A stretch of 64,000 nucleotides of DNA from an uncultured virus (IMG/VR IMGVR_UViG_3300002122_000002). Lineage: Duplodnaviria; Heunggongvirae; Uroviricota; Caudoviricetes. Position 1 is the stretch's first letter. Each line of letters opens with the position of its first letter. A model generated the notes under the pieces. The model did not search any database and was not told where the DNA came from. It saw only the letters and a program-made list of their open reading frames with translations. Location of the stretch: IMG/VR virus record IMGVR_UViG_3300002122_000002, one strand, 5' to 3'. Position numbers and translations under genes: made by a program. Shown here one piece after another: positions 24,212 to 33,062 of this stretch.

Positions 24212-24744
24212 GTCCGCGTTACATCCCCAATTTTCAGGGAAATTTGTATGCAACTTTGGACTTCATTGGGCGATTATACACTGGAGATCACATAGAAGTT
24301 GGAACTAGGCATGGAGCTAGTGCCCTAAAGGTAGCTGTAGCCCGCCCACTGGGAAACATATACTGTATTGATCCTCTAGAAAATCAGATGTTTAATCAAG
24401 AATACGGAAATGCGTCTGAAACAGGACATTCTGCAACACTTACTGCGATAATAGAGCGAGAAGGATTTGCAGATAGAATAAGGTTAATTCAGACATATTC
24501 TCAACCCTGGCCCTTACCGCCAGAACAAAGATTTGTTACTGGTTTAATTGATGGCTGTCATATTCACCCTGTTCCCATGTGGGATTGGGATGCTATGTGT
24601 AAAGTTGTAGACAATGCCATAGTTCTTGACAATGTTGATCTTCCTGGGCTTATTGGATGTCTTACTCGAATTCGTATGAATCCTGAATGGTTACTTAAAA
24701 GTACTAGTAAAAGGACAGCTATAGCATGGAAACTGCCGTTATAA
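24208..24744 (+). CDS. Class I SAM-dependent methyltransferase (Methyltransf_24-like)
   Basis: IEVGTRHGAS, IYCIDP, IDGCH, IVLDN. Confidence 0.82.
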   Translation: MSPRYIPNFQGNLYATLDFIGRLYTGDHIEVGTRHGASALKVAVARPLGNIYCIDPLENQMFNQEYGNASETGHSATLTAIIEREGFADRIRLIQTYSQPWPLPPEQRFVTGLIDGCHIHPVPMWDWDAMCKVVDNAIVLDNVDLPGLIGCLTRIRMNPEWLLKSTSKRTAIAWKLPL

Positions 24745-25436
24745 TCTGCAATGGGCCGTCCCTTAAGGCGGTTCCCAATGAATGGCTAGATCGATTCTAC
24801 ACCTTTGGGGCGAATCGGGTATTCTTGAAGTATACTCCGAAGCATATGACCGTTGTGGACGTTAAGATGGTTCATACCGCCAAACTTCAGAAAGAAATGG
24901 TGGTTGGATTGGCCGGGGCAGAGGAAGTCTGTCTTTCTGTTGATTCTTCAAAGATGCTGGCTAAACGATATCCCGATGGCTTTCCCCCAAACTTCGAAAT
25001 CTTAGAGTGGTGGAATTACTATGATGCTGAGCACGAAAATAGGCTTTTACCTGTTTTTGCGCAGAAGGCCGGAGAGCCCTTGGTTTCTGGTGGTACCGTA
25101 ACTTATGGGATGTTACAGCTAGCATGGCGGCGTGGCTTCAAACGAATATTACTTGTGGGCCTTAATCATACATTTAGAGACCCACGCGGCGACCACTTTG
25201 ATCCACGCTATAATGAGGGTGTCGGTATCCCCTATGATAAAGAGAATACCAAAGATGGGGAGTTTGGACGAGGCGCAGGTAAGTGGTGGTGGAGCGAGAA
25301 ACAGTTTGTAGCCAAGACCAACATGTTTTACACCGTGGCCAAACAATTCTATGCACAGAATGGTGGGGAAATTATTAACTGTACCCCTGACACTAAATGC
25401 CCCATTTTTCCAATAGATGACTGGAGAGCATACTAA
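24726..25436 (+). CDS. Maf/DUF115 (MptE-like, CstII-like fold) putative nonulosonate transferase
   Basis: IICNGPSL, FGANRVF, GGTVTY..LQLA...GFKRILLVG..H, HFDP.Y. Confidence 0.78.
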   Translation: METAVIICNGPSLKAVPNEWLDRFYTFGANRVFLKYTPKHMTVVDVKMVHTAKLQKEMVVGLAGAEEVCLSVDSSKMLAKRYPDGFPPNFEILEWWNYYDAEHENRLLPVFAQKAGEPLVSGGTVTYGMLQLAWRRGFKRILLVGLNHTFRDPRGDHFDPRYNEGVGIPYDKENTKDGEFGRGAGKWWWSEKQFVAKTNMFYTVAKQFYAQNGGEIINCTPDTKCPIFPIDDWRAY

Positions 25437-26053
25437 TGAGTGAATCTACTCTTAATAAGTCCACAGTGTCCCTTAGAGGGGAGTTTGTTCAAGGTTCTTT
25501 AGCCGGAGTGAAAATTGGGGCGGTTATTGGGTCTCTTGGGTTTGCAGAGGGACCGATAACTAGCCCAATGACTTGTGGATACATCATTCAGGCTCTTACT
25601 TTATTCCCGGGAGACTATATTGAGACGGGTACGCGATATGGCGGCAGCGCATTATTGGCGGCGCTATTTGCGAAATCTGTTATTACTATTGATCCCGCGT
25701 ATGAGGAAGAGTTCAAAAAAGTGATGGCAGAAGCAAAGTCTGACGTTGTAGAGAAAATTACTCGTATTGGGAAAAAGGCAGAAGAAGTAAAGAGGTTGCC
25801 CAAGCGAAAATATACGGTAGGATTCATTGATGGTTCCCACGAATATGATGACGTACTAATAGATTTCCATTTGTTTAAGGATAGAGTATCTAACTTCTTA
25901 ATCTTCGATGATGTAGATTTGTCAGGGGTCTATGATGCACTAAAAACCATCGTCTCAACGCAAGATGTCTGGCGATTGGCGGCATTTCAGCATCCTACTA
26001 CTGCCGTACTCGCTAAGGATTTCAATCTAGAAACAACAATAGGACCATTCTAA
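25436..26053 (+). CDS. Class I SAM-dependent methyltransferase (Methyltransf_24-like)
   Basis: IETGTRYGGS, ITIDP, FIDGSHEYDDV..D, IFDD. Confidence 0.85.
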   Translation: MSESTLNKSTVSLRGEFVQGSLAGVKIGAVIGSLGFAEGPITSPMTCGYIIQALTLFPGDYIETGTRYGGSALLAALFAKSVITIDPAYEEEFKKVMAEAKSDVVEKITRIGKKAEEVKRLPKRKYTVGFIDGSHEYDDVLIDFHLFKDRVSNFLIFDDVDLSGVYDALKTIVSTQDVWRLAAFQHPTTAVLAKDFNLETTIGPF

Positions 26054-26250
26054 TGCCTACATACCCCTACCTGTGTCCATACTGTGGACATCTAAATGAT
26101 ATAGTAATGTCTATTGCAGATTACGAGACCGTTGAGGCGGTTTGGTGTGGTCGATGTTTGCAGTTTGACTTGGATACAGAAATGGTACGGGTTTACACAC
26201 CTTTGGCGTTCCAGTTTGAGGGAGGGAAGCCAAGTGCGCGTAGGGACTAG
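26053..26250 (+). CDS. FmdB-type zinc-ribbon protein
   Basis: MPTYPYLCPYCGH...CGRC...MVRVY. Confidence 0.75.
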   Translation: MPTYPYLCPYCGHLNDIVMSIADYETVEAVWCGRCLQFDLDTEMVRVYTPLAFQFEGGKPSARRD

Positions 26251-27139
26251 AGAGATTGGGCCGGGCCACCCTTGCTATATCATTGCTGAAATCGGCATCA
26301 ATCACAATGGGGATGTGGAGATTGCTAAGCAGTTGATGCGCGCCGCCGCCGAGGCTGGGGTTGACGCAGTTAAGTTTCAGGTTCGACGAGCACTGGAAGA
26401 GTCTGTACCTAAGCATATGTGGGATATGCGTAAGGAAACTCCATGGGGGGAAATGTCCTACATGGAGTACAAAGAACGATTGGAGTTACCCAATGAGATT
26501 TATAGGGATGTTCTTTATCCGCTTGCTCGGGAACTGAATATCCATGTTGGCGTTAGTGTTTGGGACAGGTGGGCGGCACAACAGGTAGCCAATATTTGTA
26601 GACCGGATTTATATACAAGCATTTTTGATTTTTTGAAAGTGCCCTCTGCGCATATGAGCAATGAAACGGTAATGCACCACACCGCAACCCGGGGTCTACC
26701 CTTCTTTTGGTCCACGGGTATGCACGATCTTGGAGAGATACAACGGACGATTCGCTGGTTGGAGGATTACGGGTGTGATAACTGGGGTATTTTTCATTGC
26801 AATTCTTCTTATCCTGCGTCGAATAATGAGCTTAATCTCCGTGTGGTGTCTTCGTTTCAGCTATGGCGGACCCTTGCTGGGCACCCCGTTGGCTACTCTG
26901 GCCATGAAACTGGACTGGCTACGACTGTGGCTGCTGTGGCTCTTGGAGCACACATGGTTGAGAGGCATATTACTCTTGATCGGTCTATGTGGGGTACTGA
27001 CCATGCGGCCAGTGTGGAGCCGCAGGGTTTCGAGCGCCTTGTTAAGGACATTCGGGCAGTTGAAGAGGCCCTAGGTGACGGTATAAAGGTAGTCTTCCCT
27101 TCTGAGCTAGGGGTCCGTAAGAAACTAAGCTTGACGTAG
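26234..27139 (+). CDS. neuB: N-acetylneuraminate/nonulosonate synthase, short form lacking the C-terminal AFP-like domain
   Basis: IIAEIGINHNGD, DAVKFQ, KVPS, STGM, HCNSSYP, GYSGHE, VERHITLDR..GTDH.AS; GTG start after GGAGG. Confidence 0.93.
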   Translation: MRVGTREIGPGHPCYIIAEIGINHNGDVEIAKQLMRAAAEAGVDAVKFQVRRALEESVPKHMWDMRKETPWGEMSYMEYKERLELPNEIYRDVLYPLARELNIHVGVSVWDRWAAQQVANICRPDLYTSIFDFLKVPSAHMSNETVMHHTATRGLPFFWSTGMHDLGEIQRTIRWLEDYGCDNWGIFHCNSSYPASNNELNLRVVSSFQLWRTLAGHPVGYSGHETGLATTVAAVALGAHMVERHITLDRSMWGTDHAASVEPQGFERLVKDIRAVEEALGDGIKVVFPSELGVRKKLSLT

Positions 27140-27160
27140 CCTCTCGACGGGTGCTATAAT
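27131..27160 (+). promoter_or_regulatory. sigma70-type promoter for packaging genes
   Basis: TTGACG-18 nt-TATAAT with TG extension. Confidence 0.7.
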
Positions 27161-27207
27161 AAAAATACGGGTATATACCCGTAATTTGGTATTTCAGAGA
27201 GGTTACT

Positions 27208-27852
27208 ATGCCTATTGCACCCCCAGGTTCTGGTGGAGTTCCGCCCGGCGGAAACCTCGGCCAGACACTTTTAAATGCCCTTAATGAACTTTCTAGAATC
27301 AAGTCATTAAATTTACCAGACAGTCTAAGAAATAGACAACTGCTACAACAGGCTGAACAAGCGGTAGCACAAGCACGACTTGCTATTCAAATGGCTACAG
27401 GTTCTCAGCAAGGAATGGCTGCGGGAGCCGGTGGTGCGGGTTTGGGTGGTGCAGGTCAGGCCGGTTTTATTACTCCCTCAACGATTGGGAGTGTAGCCGG
27501 AGGGGCGGCGCTCGTTGGCGCTGGCGGTTTACTTCTGGGTGGAAGTAACCCTCGGTATACTTCTGAAGAGTTAGCGGCACGGGGATTAGGTTCAGCAATG
27601 CAAAGACCCAGTGTACTGCCGGGCACCTTCACATCATCGTACTTACAATCACCTTCTCAATCGCTTTCACCCCTTCCTTCGCGAGCAACTTCTTCTGAGG
27701 CTACAGTTGCTGCCAGTGAGGGTAGAAGATTAATTGCCACTCCACCACCTAATCCTACTTCACCCAACCTAACGGATATTCTTAATAGCCGCAAGCCGAT
27801 GACAAAATATTTCAAGTCGCGCGGCGTTAACCCTAGAGTTAGAGCTAAGTAA
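27208..27852 (+). CDS. Gly/Pro-rich hypothetical protein
   Basis: GAGG RBS, first gene after promoter. Confidence 0.7.
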   Translation: MPIAPPGSGGVPPGGNLGQTLLNALNELSRIKSLNLPDSLRNRQLLQQAEQAVAQARLAIQMATGSQQGMAAGAGGAGLGGAGQAGFITPSTIGSVAGGAALVGAGGLLLGGSNPRYTSEELAARGLGSAMQRPSVLPGTFTSSYLQSPSQSLSPLPSRATSSEATVAASEGRRLIATPPPNPTSPNLTDILNSRKPMTKYFKSRGVNPRVRAK

Positions 27853-28103
27853 TGGCTGGCGTATCGACGATCACTCAAAGTNTTACTCTAGATAGCCGCC
27901 GCCAAATGGGATGCGTAACGGCTACTGATTATGGCGATTTACAAACTCTAATGATCGACATTATGAGTTTAGCGGATGACCTAACTGGCAAGGGTGGATG
28001 GGAAATGAGTCAACTAATTATCCATCCAATTACGATGGGCGCAAACGTTAAATGGTTTGCTTGTCTTTGTTTCTTATTCGACAAAGATACAAGTATCTTT
28101 TAA
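27852..28103 (+). CDS. Hypothetical protein
   Basis: TAATG coupling. Confidence 0.6.
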   Translation: MAGVSTITQSXTLDSRRQMGCVTATDYGDLQTLMIDIMSLADDLTGKGGWEMSQLIIHPITMGANVKWFACLCFLFDKDTSIF

Positions 28104-28112
28104 GGAGTAAAT

Positions 28113-29765
28113 TTGAAGCCTTACGTAAAGTGGATCGAGGAAGGCAATTTCTGGATTCGCGGGGCCTATGATCCAGTTACCGATCTGGAAACACCGACGG
28201 GACCTCTAAAACTGGTTGTACACCAGAAGAGGATTCTTGCGCATTGTCTTACTCCATATCAGGAAAATGGGGTATGGAAGTTACCGTATACAACTGTTAT
28301 CTACTCTTGTCCAAAGAAGTCGGGGAAGACAACGATTGGCGCGAGTGTAGGTGGCTGGTTTAGTTCGGAAGCGGTGGATAACACGGAGAGTTTCTGCCTA
28401 GCGGGTGACTACGAACATGCTATGGGCCGAATGTTTGACGACCTCCTGTTTGACGCCACATACGGTAGGGACGATTTTCCAAACGGCAAGTTGTCCGAGA
28501 AGCCAAACAGAGACTTGCTGGTGTATCCCGGCGACAAGAGTATCCAGGCTATTGCACAAGAGTATAAGACCGCTTCTGGTTCTCGACACGCCTTGACCCT
28601 CTGGGACGAGTTGTGGACCTACACGTCAGAGGCATCCAATCGTTTGTGGGTAGAAATGACGCCGATCAAGATTCCCGGCGTCCCGATCTCGCTACGATTC
28701 GTTAGTACCTATGCTGGATTCGAGGGACAGTCGGACCTTCTGTGGAGTCTATATGAGCAGATTGTTCTGAATGGTGAACCAGTACCAGAATTGATCGACA
28801 TAACACATGCGAGCGGCGAGCCGACCTGCTGGAAAAATGGTCGTATGTTCGCTTACTGGGATAGTGCACACAGGATGCCATGGCAGACTGAGGACTACTA
28901 CCTAGAACAGCTTGCATCGGGAATGAAGCCGAACGAGTATGCCCGTCTGCATGAGAACAGATGGACAACTGGCTCGGAGCCATTCATGCCGATCTCTTGG
29001 TGGGATACGGTGGCGGTGCTTAAAGGGTCCTTGGAGTATGACACTAAGAATCCTCGCCGACAACTTCCCGTGGTCATTGGCTGTGATGCCTCTACTAAGC
29101 ATGACTCTACGGCGGTGGTTGGTGTGCAATATGACTATGAAGAGGACATGTTGTATGTGGCCTTCCACAAGATTTGGAGACCGTCTCCCACGGAGCCAAT
29201 GGACTTTGAACACACGTTGGAACGGTATATCCTAGAGCGCCATAACGAAGGCTTCCAGATTGCGGCAATAGTGTATGATCCAACCCAACTACACCGCTCT
29301 ATGACCCGTCTGGGTGTGACAATCCAGGGCGTTACTGAGTTTCCACAGACCCTGCGCAATATGACTGCAGCCAGCGAGACGCTGTATGGGTTGTTTAAGA
29401 ATCAGAAAATCCTGACTTATAAGGATGAAGAGTTCCGTGCCCATATGCAATACGCTATGGCAGAAGAAAAAGGTAAGGGTTTTCGCATCGTAAAGCCACC
29501 GCGAGCTTCGGCGCACCACACTGATGCGGCTATCGCCCTAGCGATGGCAACGTTCTATGCCTATAAGACACACGGTTACGACGTAAGTAAGCCCATTCAA
29601 ATCGAAGTACCGTTTGCTGAGGGCTCCCAGTTTCAAGAAAAATCTCCAGAACAGATACAGGAGGAGACTAATCTGCCCCCGCAACTTCGTTCTGGCGGAC
29701 TCACAGAAGAAGAGTTCGATGCACAATGGAAAAAGCATGTCAAACGTGAGGGCCTAAATGCCTGA
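28113..29765 (+). CDS. terL: Terminase large subunit
   Basis: Walker A PKKSGKTT, Walker B LWDE, RNase H-like GCDASTKHDSTAVV and HTDAAIALA; TTG start after AAGGAG. Confidence 0.92.
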   Translation: MKPYVKWIEEGNFWIRGAYDPVTDLETPTGPLKLVVHQKRILAHCLTPYQENGVWKLPYTTVIYSCPKKSGKTTIGASVGGWFSSEAVDNTESFCLAGDYEHAMGRMFDDLLFDATYGRDDFPNGKLSEKPNRDLLVYPGDKSIQAIAQEYKTASGSRHALTLWDELWTYTSEASNRLWVEMTPIKIPGVPISLRFVSTYAGFEGQSDLLWSLYEQIVLNGEPVPELIDITHASGEPTCWKNGRMFAYWDSAHRMPWQTEDYYLEQLASGMKPNEYARLHENRWTTGSEPFMPISWWDTVAVLKGSLEYDTKNPRRQLPVVIGCDASTKHDSTAVVGVQYDYEEDMLYVAFHKIWRPSPTEPMDFEHTLERYILERHNEGFQIAAIVYDPTQLHRSMTRLGVTIQGVTEFPQTLRNMTAASETLYGLFKNQKILTYKDEEFRAHMQYAMAEEKGKGFRIVKPPRASAHHTDAAIALAMATFYAYKTHGYDVSKPIQIEVPFAEGSQFQEKSPEQIQEETNLPPQLRSGGLTEEEFDAQWKKHVKREGLNA

Positions 29766-31614
29766 AGAAACCTTAGTTAATGAAACGTTACCCGTAATTC
29801 TTGATCGGTATAGACGCGCCAAAACTATGGCGATGCCTTGGCATAACCAGATCAAGCGTTGGCGGGATTTTTATGACCAGTCCCACTACAAAGCGCGGGC
29901 TAAGATTAACGAGACACAGTATCCCGATCCTACGCCCACTAATGTCGTTGATGTTGCTGTTGGTGTTCTTGGGTCTCATCCCCTAGAGTTTAAGGCAGTG
30001 GGGTGGTCTCCATCTTCAGAAGAGCAGAAGGCCACAGATAACGTAGAGAAGTTTCTTAATGGTGCTATTGATGTAGCCAACGATCGAGAGGATATGCTTA
30101 TTCCTTACATGGTGAATATGCACATGGTTCGAGACGGGGCCGCAGTAGTTAAGAGCGTCTGGGACCCTTACTTAGCAAATCGACACGCCGCCCTAATTCA
30201 ATTACCTAATCCCGATGCAGAGTTGGGAGCACCCCAGTCTATACCTATGCGGGCGTTCCTGGAACTGCCGCTTAGAACTCAGGTTATTGATCCGCTAGAG
30301 GTCTATATTGTCCCTGGCGGTAGACAGCGATGGCTTTATCTTTTTCACGCAACTCGCATGTCTGTGTATGACGCAGAAACCTTATACAACTTTAGAGACG
30401 AGACCTTTACCGGACGGGAAGCTGAGAAGATGTATGTGGAGTATGACCTAATTGATTATTGGCGGGTCGCACACTACCCTGACGGCGATTACATTATTAA
30501 TGCTGTTCTATTCAATGAGAAGTTCATTCCTGGGTTCACTCCCCGAGTTATGGAGGGTTACGAAGAACTTCCATTTACCATTGGATTCTTTAAGCCAGTA
30601 GACCTGAAAGAACCTGATAAGTGGGGGCACGGAGTTATCCGCCCACTTGAGCCTTCTATTGTGATGATCGAGCGGAACGTCAACCGGCGACAGCGCCAGA
30701 TTGATGTTTATAGCTCGTTACCTATGTTTGTTAAGGCCTTACCGGGCCGATCCGTGACGGTTGACTCTGGATTTGGAAAGTCAATTAGCCTAAGCGTAGA
30801 CGAAGAGATTGGGTTCCCAACATGGCCGGGTAATGCCCCGGACTCGAATCTGCAGATTGATTATTTGCGATCTCGTCTACAGCAATCTGGGTTCAGCGAT
30901 ATCCTGTTTGGTATGGAAGGACAGGGGGCCGGGTTTGCTATCAGCCAGATGACTGACCAGAACCGCATTCGCCTGATTGAGCCTATTCGACAGATCGAAT
31001 TGTTTTGGTCGAAGTGGGCGCATAAGGCGCTTAAATTGGTTCGCAATTTTGCTTCTAACTCTATGCTGCGGGTTTACGGGACCTTTAAAGGCAAGAACTT
31101 TGCCGACCAGATGATTGGTAGAGAGATTGCTGACTATAAGGTAACGGCCAAGATCAAGGCCGAGTTCCCTAATCAGCAAGTAACAAACGCTGCGCTATCA
31201 ACACAGTCCGCAGATACTCTATCTCTACGAACTAGGATGGAGCGATACTGGGATGTGGATCAGCCCGGCGATGAGTGGCAGCAGCGTATGATGGAAATGG
31301 CGGAACAACATCCGTCTATGGTTCAGTATGGGATTTTGATTGAACTACAAAAGCGCGCCGCAATGGGGGATCAGGCCGCCATGATGGTTATTCAGTTGAT
31401 GATGAATCAACAGGGCCAGAATGGAGGAAGACCGGCAGAGGGTGGGGGTGGAACGGCCCCAGGTAACGCGTTGGGTACGGCTAGTGCTACTGGCGCAAGA
31501 ACTCCACAGGAAGCCGGATTCCCCGCACCGGGTCAATCAACCCTTGATACAGTTAACCGACTTTCTAACCAACAACCGGGCCTTGATGGCTCGATAGGAG
31601 GAGCAATTGGGTAA
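29758..31614 (+). CDS. Portal protein
   Basis: 618 aa immediately after TerL; DG.AVVK..WD and WGHGVI..L motifs typical of podovirus-type portals. Confidence 0.8.
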   Translation: MPEETLVNETLPVILDRYRRAKTMAMPWHNQIKRWRDFYDQSHYKARAKINETQYPDPTPTNVVDVAVGVLGSHPLEFKAVGWSPSSEEQKATDNVEKFLNGAIDVANDREDMLIPYMVNMHMVRDGAAVVKSVWDPYLANRHAALIQLPNPDAELGAPQSIPMRAFLELPLRTQVIDPLEVYIVPGGRQRWLYLFHATRMSVYDAETLYNFRDETFTGREAEKMYVEYDLIDYWRVAHYPDGDYIINAVLFNEKFIPGFTPRVMEGYEELPFTIGFFKPVDLKEPDKWGHGVIRPLEPSIVMIERNVNRRQRQIDVYSSLPMFVKALPGRSVTVDSGFGKSISLSVDEEIGFPTWPGNAPDSNLQIDYLRSRLQQSGFSDILFGMEGQGAGFAISQMTDQNRIRLIEPIRQIELFWSKWAHKALKLVRNFASNSMLRVYGTFKGKNFADQMIGREIADYKVTAKIKAEFPNQQVTNAALSTQSADTLSLRTRMERYWDVDQPGDEWQQRMMEMAEQHPSMVQYGILIELQKRAAMGDQAAMMVIQLMMNQQGQNGGRPAEGGGGTAPGNALGTASATGARTPQEAGFPAPGQSTLDTVNRLSNQQPGLDGSIGGAIG

Positions 31615-31813
31615 TCCATTTGAGCAGGCAATGAAGAACACGTTGGATCGCGTTGGGGCGGAGACCGACCCAGCGTTGATTCAGTACAGCAAATTGCAAA
31701 ATACACACTTCCGGGCACTACAACGTCGTTTTGGATTTGACCATGTTCAGCGGTACATTAGAGTAATGGAAGCTAAACGAGCGGGCATTCCACGTCTGTT
31801 CGGGAGAAAGTAA
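31607..31813 (+). CDS. Hypothetical protein
   Basis: GGAGGAG RBS, TTG start. Confidence 0.6.
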   Translation: MGNPFEQAMKNTLDRVGAETDPALIQYSKLQNTHFRALQRRFGFDHVQRYIRVMEAKRAGIPRLFGRK

Positions 31814-31814
31814 C

Positions 31815-32786
31815 GTGCCCTACGGAATTAGCGATCAGGTTTGGCAGTATCTCGATCCCCAAACACAACAAGGTATAATTGATGCTTATGGAGGATCAAC
31901 TCAAGTAGGAGGTTCTGGTGGTGCTGTTCCAGGTAGCTGGCCCGACGACCAGCCGCTTCCTGATCCTTACCTTCTTGACTTAGGATATTCAACACCCGAG
32001 TCTCAGCAGCAGGCATTAGCCGAGATTATGGGCGCAGGATATACTTACGATCAGTTTATTGAGGAATTCTTTGGATCGGGTACATCAACATCTACTCAAT
32101 CGGGGAGTAGTGGCGGCGGCGGTGGGTTTATCCAGGATATTGGTCCCGCCGGCCCGCTTGCTCCGATATCTGCTACATTTAGTCCATACGAGCACCAGAT
32201 CGCGAGCGCGCCTGAGTGGTGGAAGGCTTTGGCACCGGATGTCATAAACCCAGTATCGGAATACCAGACTCTTTCTAACTTGCTGATTCCGTTTTTGAGT
32301 CCAGAAGACCAGAGAACCGTGGCGACGAACCTCTATCAATCTAACCCTACACAGTTCTCGCACTTGAATCCAGAACTCTTAGAAGGACTTCAGCCAGCCA
32401 CAGAAATTACCCCCCAACTTCGTACTCAATTCTTCACTGGGGAACGCGCACAGAACGCATTGACTGCATTTGATGAGCTTTTGAGTATTTCTGGAAAGAG
32501 CCCGGATGACTTTGGGCCGGGGTACAACTTCTTGCGGGGTCTAGCAGATACTGTTAAAGACTACAGGTTGACTTCTGGAGCTTCTCAACTAACTGAGACT
32601 CAGCAAGGACAATTGTTATCGGCTCTTGATCCGATGTTGGCACAGACTGAGAGTAGAGAATTAAGTGCGTTCGGGCCGTTAGCTCGAAGCTTTGTTAATC
32701 CGTTCTTTTCTGCCGGTTCCCTAACCGGACAGGTTCGAAACAAGTTTGGTGATTTGATTCGTCCGCCCAACCCTAGATACTTCTAA
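31815..32786 (+). CDS. Putative internal virion protein
   Basis: 323 aa, Gly/Ser-rich N-half, between portal and giant protein. Confidence 0.55.
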   Translation: MPYGISDQVWQYLDPQTQQGIIDAYGGSTQVGGSGGAVPGSWPDDQPLPDPYLLDLGYSTPESQQQALAEIMGAGYTYDQFIEEFFGSGTSTSTQSGSSGGGGGFIQDIGPAGPLAPISATFSPYEHQIASAPEWWKALAPDVINPVSEYQTLSNLLIPFLSPEDQRTVATNLYQSNPTQFSHLNPELLEGLQPATEITPQLRTQFFTGERAQNALTAFDELLSISGKSPDDFGPGYNFLRGLADTVKDYRLTSGASQLTETQQGQLLSALDPMLAQTESRELSAFGPLARSFVNPFFSAGSLTGQVRNKFGDLIRPPNPRYF

Positions 32787-32795
32787 GGAGATAAC

Positions 32796-33062
32796 ATGAA
32801 AGAGTATAAGTTTGCAAGTATAGGCGCTGGAGAGGTTGATATAGTTTGCAACAAGTGGTCCCGAGAGGGATGGGCTGTTGATAAACTATATAAAGAGAAT
32901 AACAAGTTCTACGTTTTGTTTATTCGAGAGGCCCTAGAAGACCCAGCATATGTGCCAAATCCTCCAAAGCCTCTGGCACCGAGAGGTAGACCAAGAATTA
33001 AGGCTGCCGAAGAGCAGGCCATGGATTTAGAAATAGGTGCTGAATCAATAATCGAGGGCTAA
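32796..33062 (+). CDS. Small hypothetical protein (DUF4177-like pattern)
   Basis: EYK...N.W.REGW....VLF.RE; AAGGAG RBS. Confidence 0.6.
   Translation: MKEYKFASIGAGEVDIVCNKWSREGWAVDKLYKENNKFYVLFIREALEDPAYVPNPPKPLAPRGRPRIKAAEEQAMDLEIGAESIIEG

Noticed and set aside
27208..28103. Terminase small subunit upstream of terL
   Set aside because: The position fits, but neither ORF shows a recognisable HTH/TerS pattern; left as hypothetical
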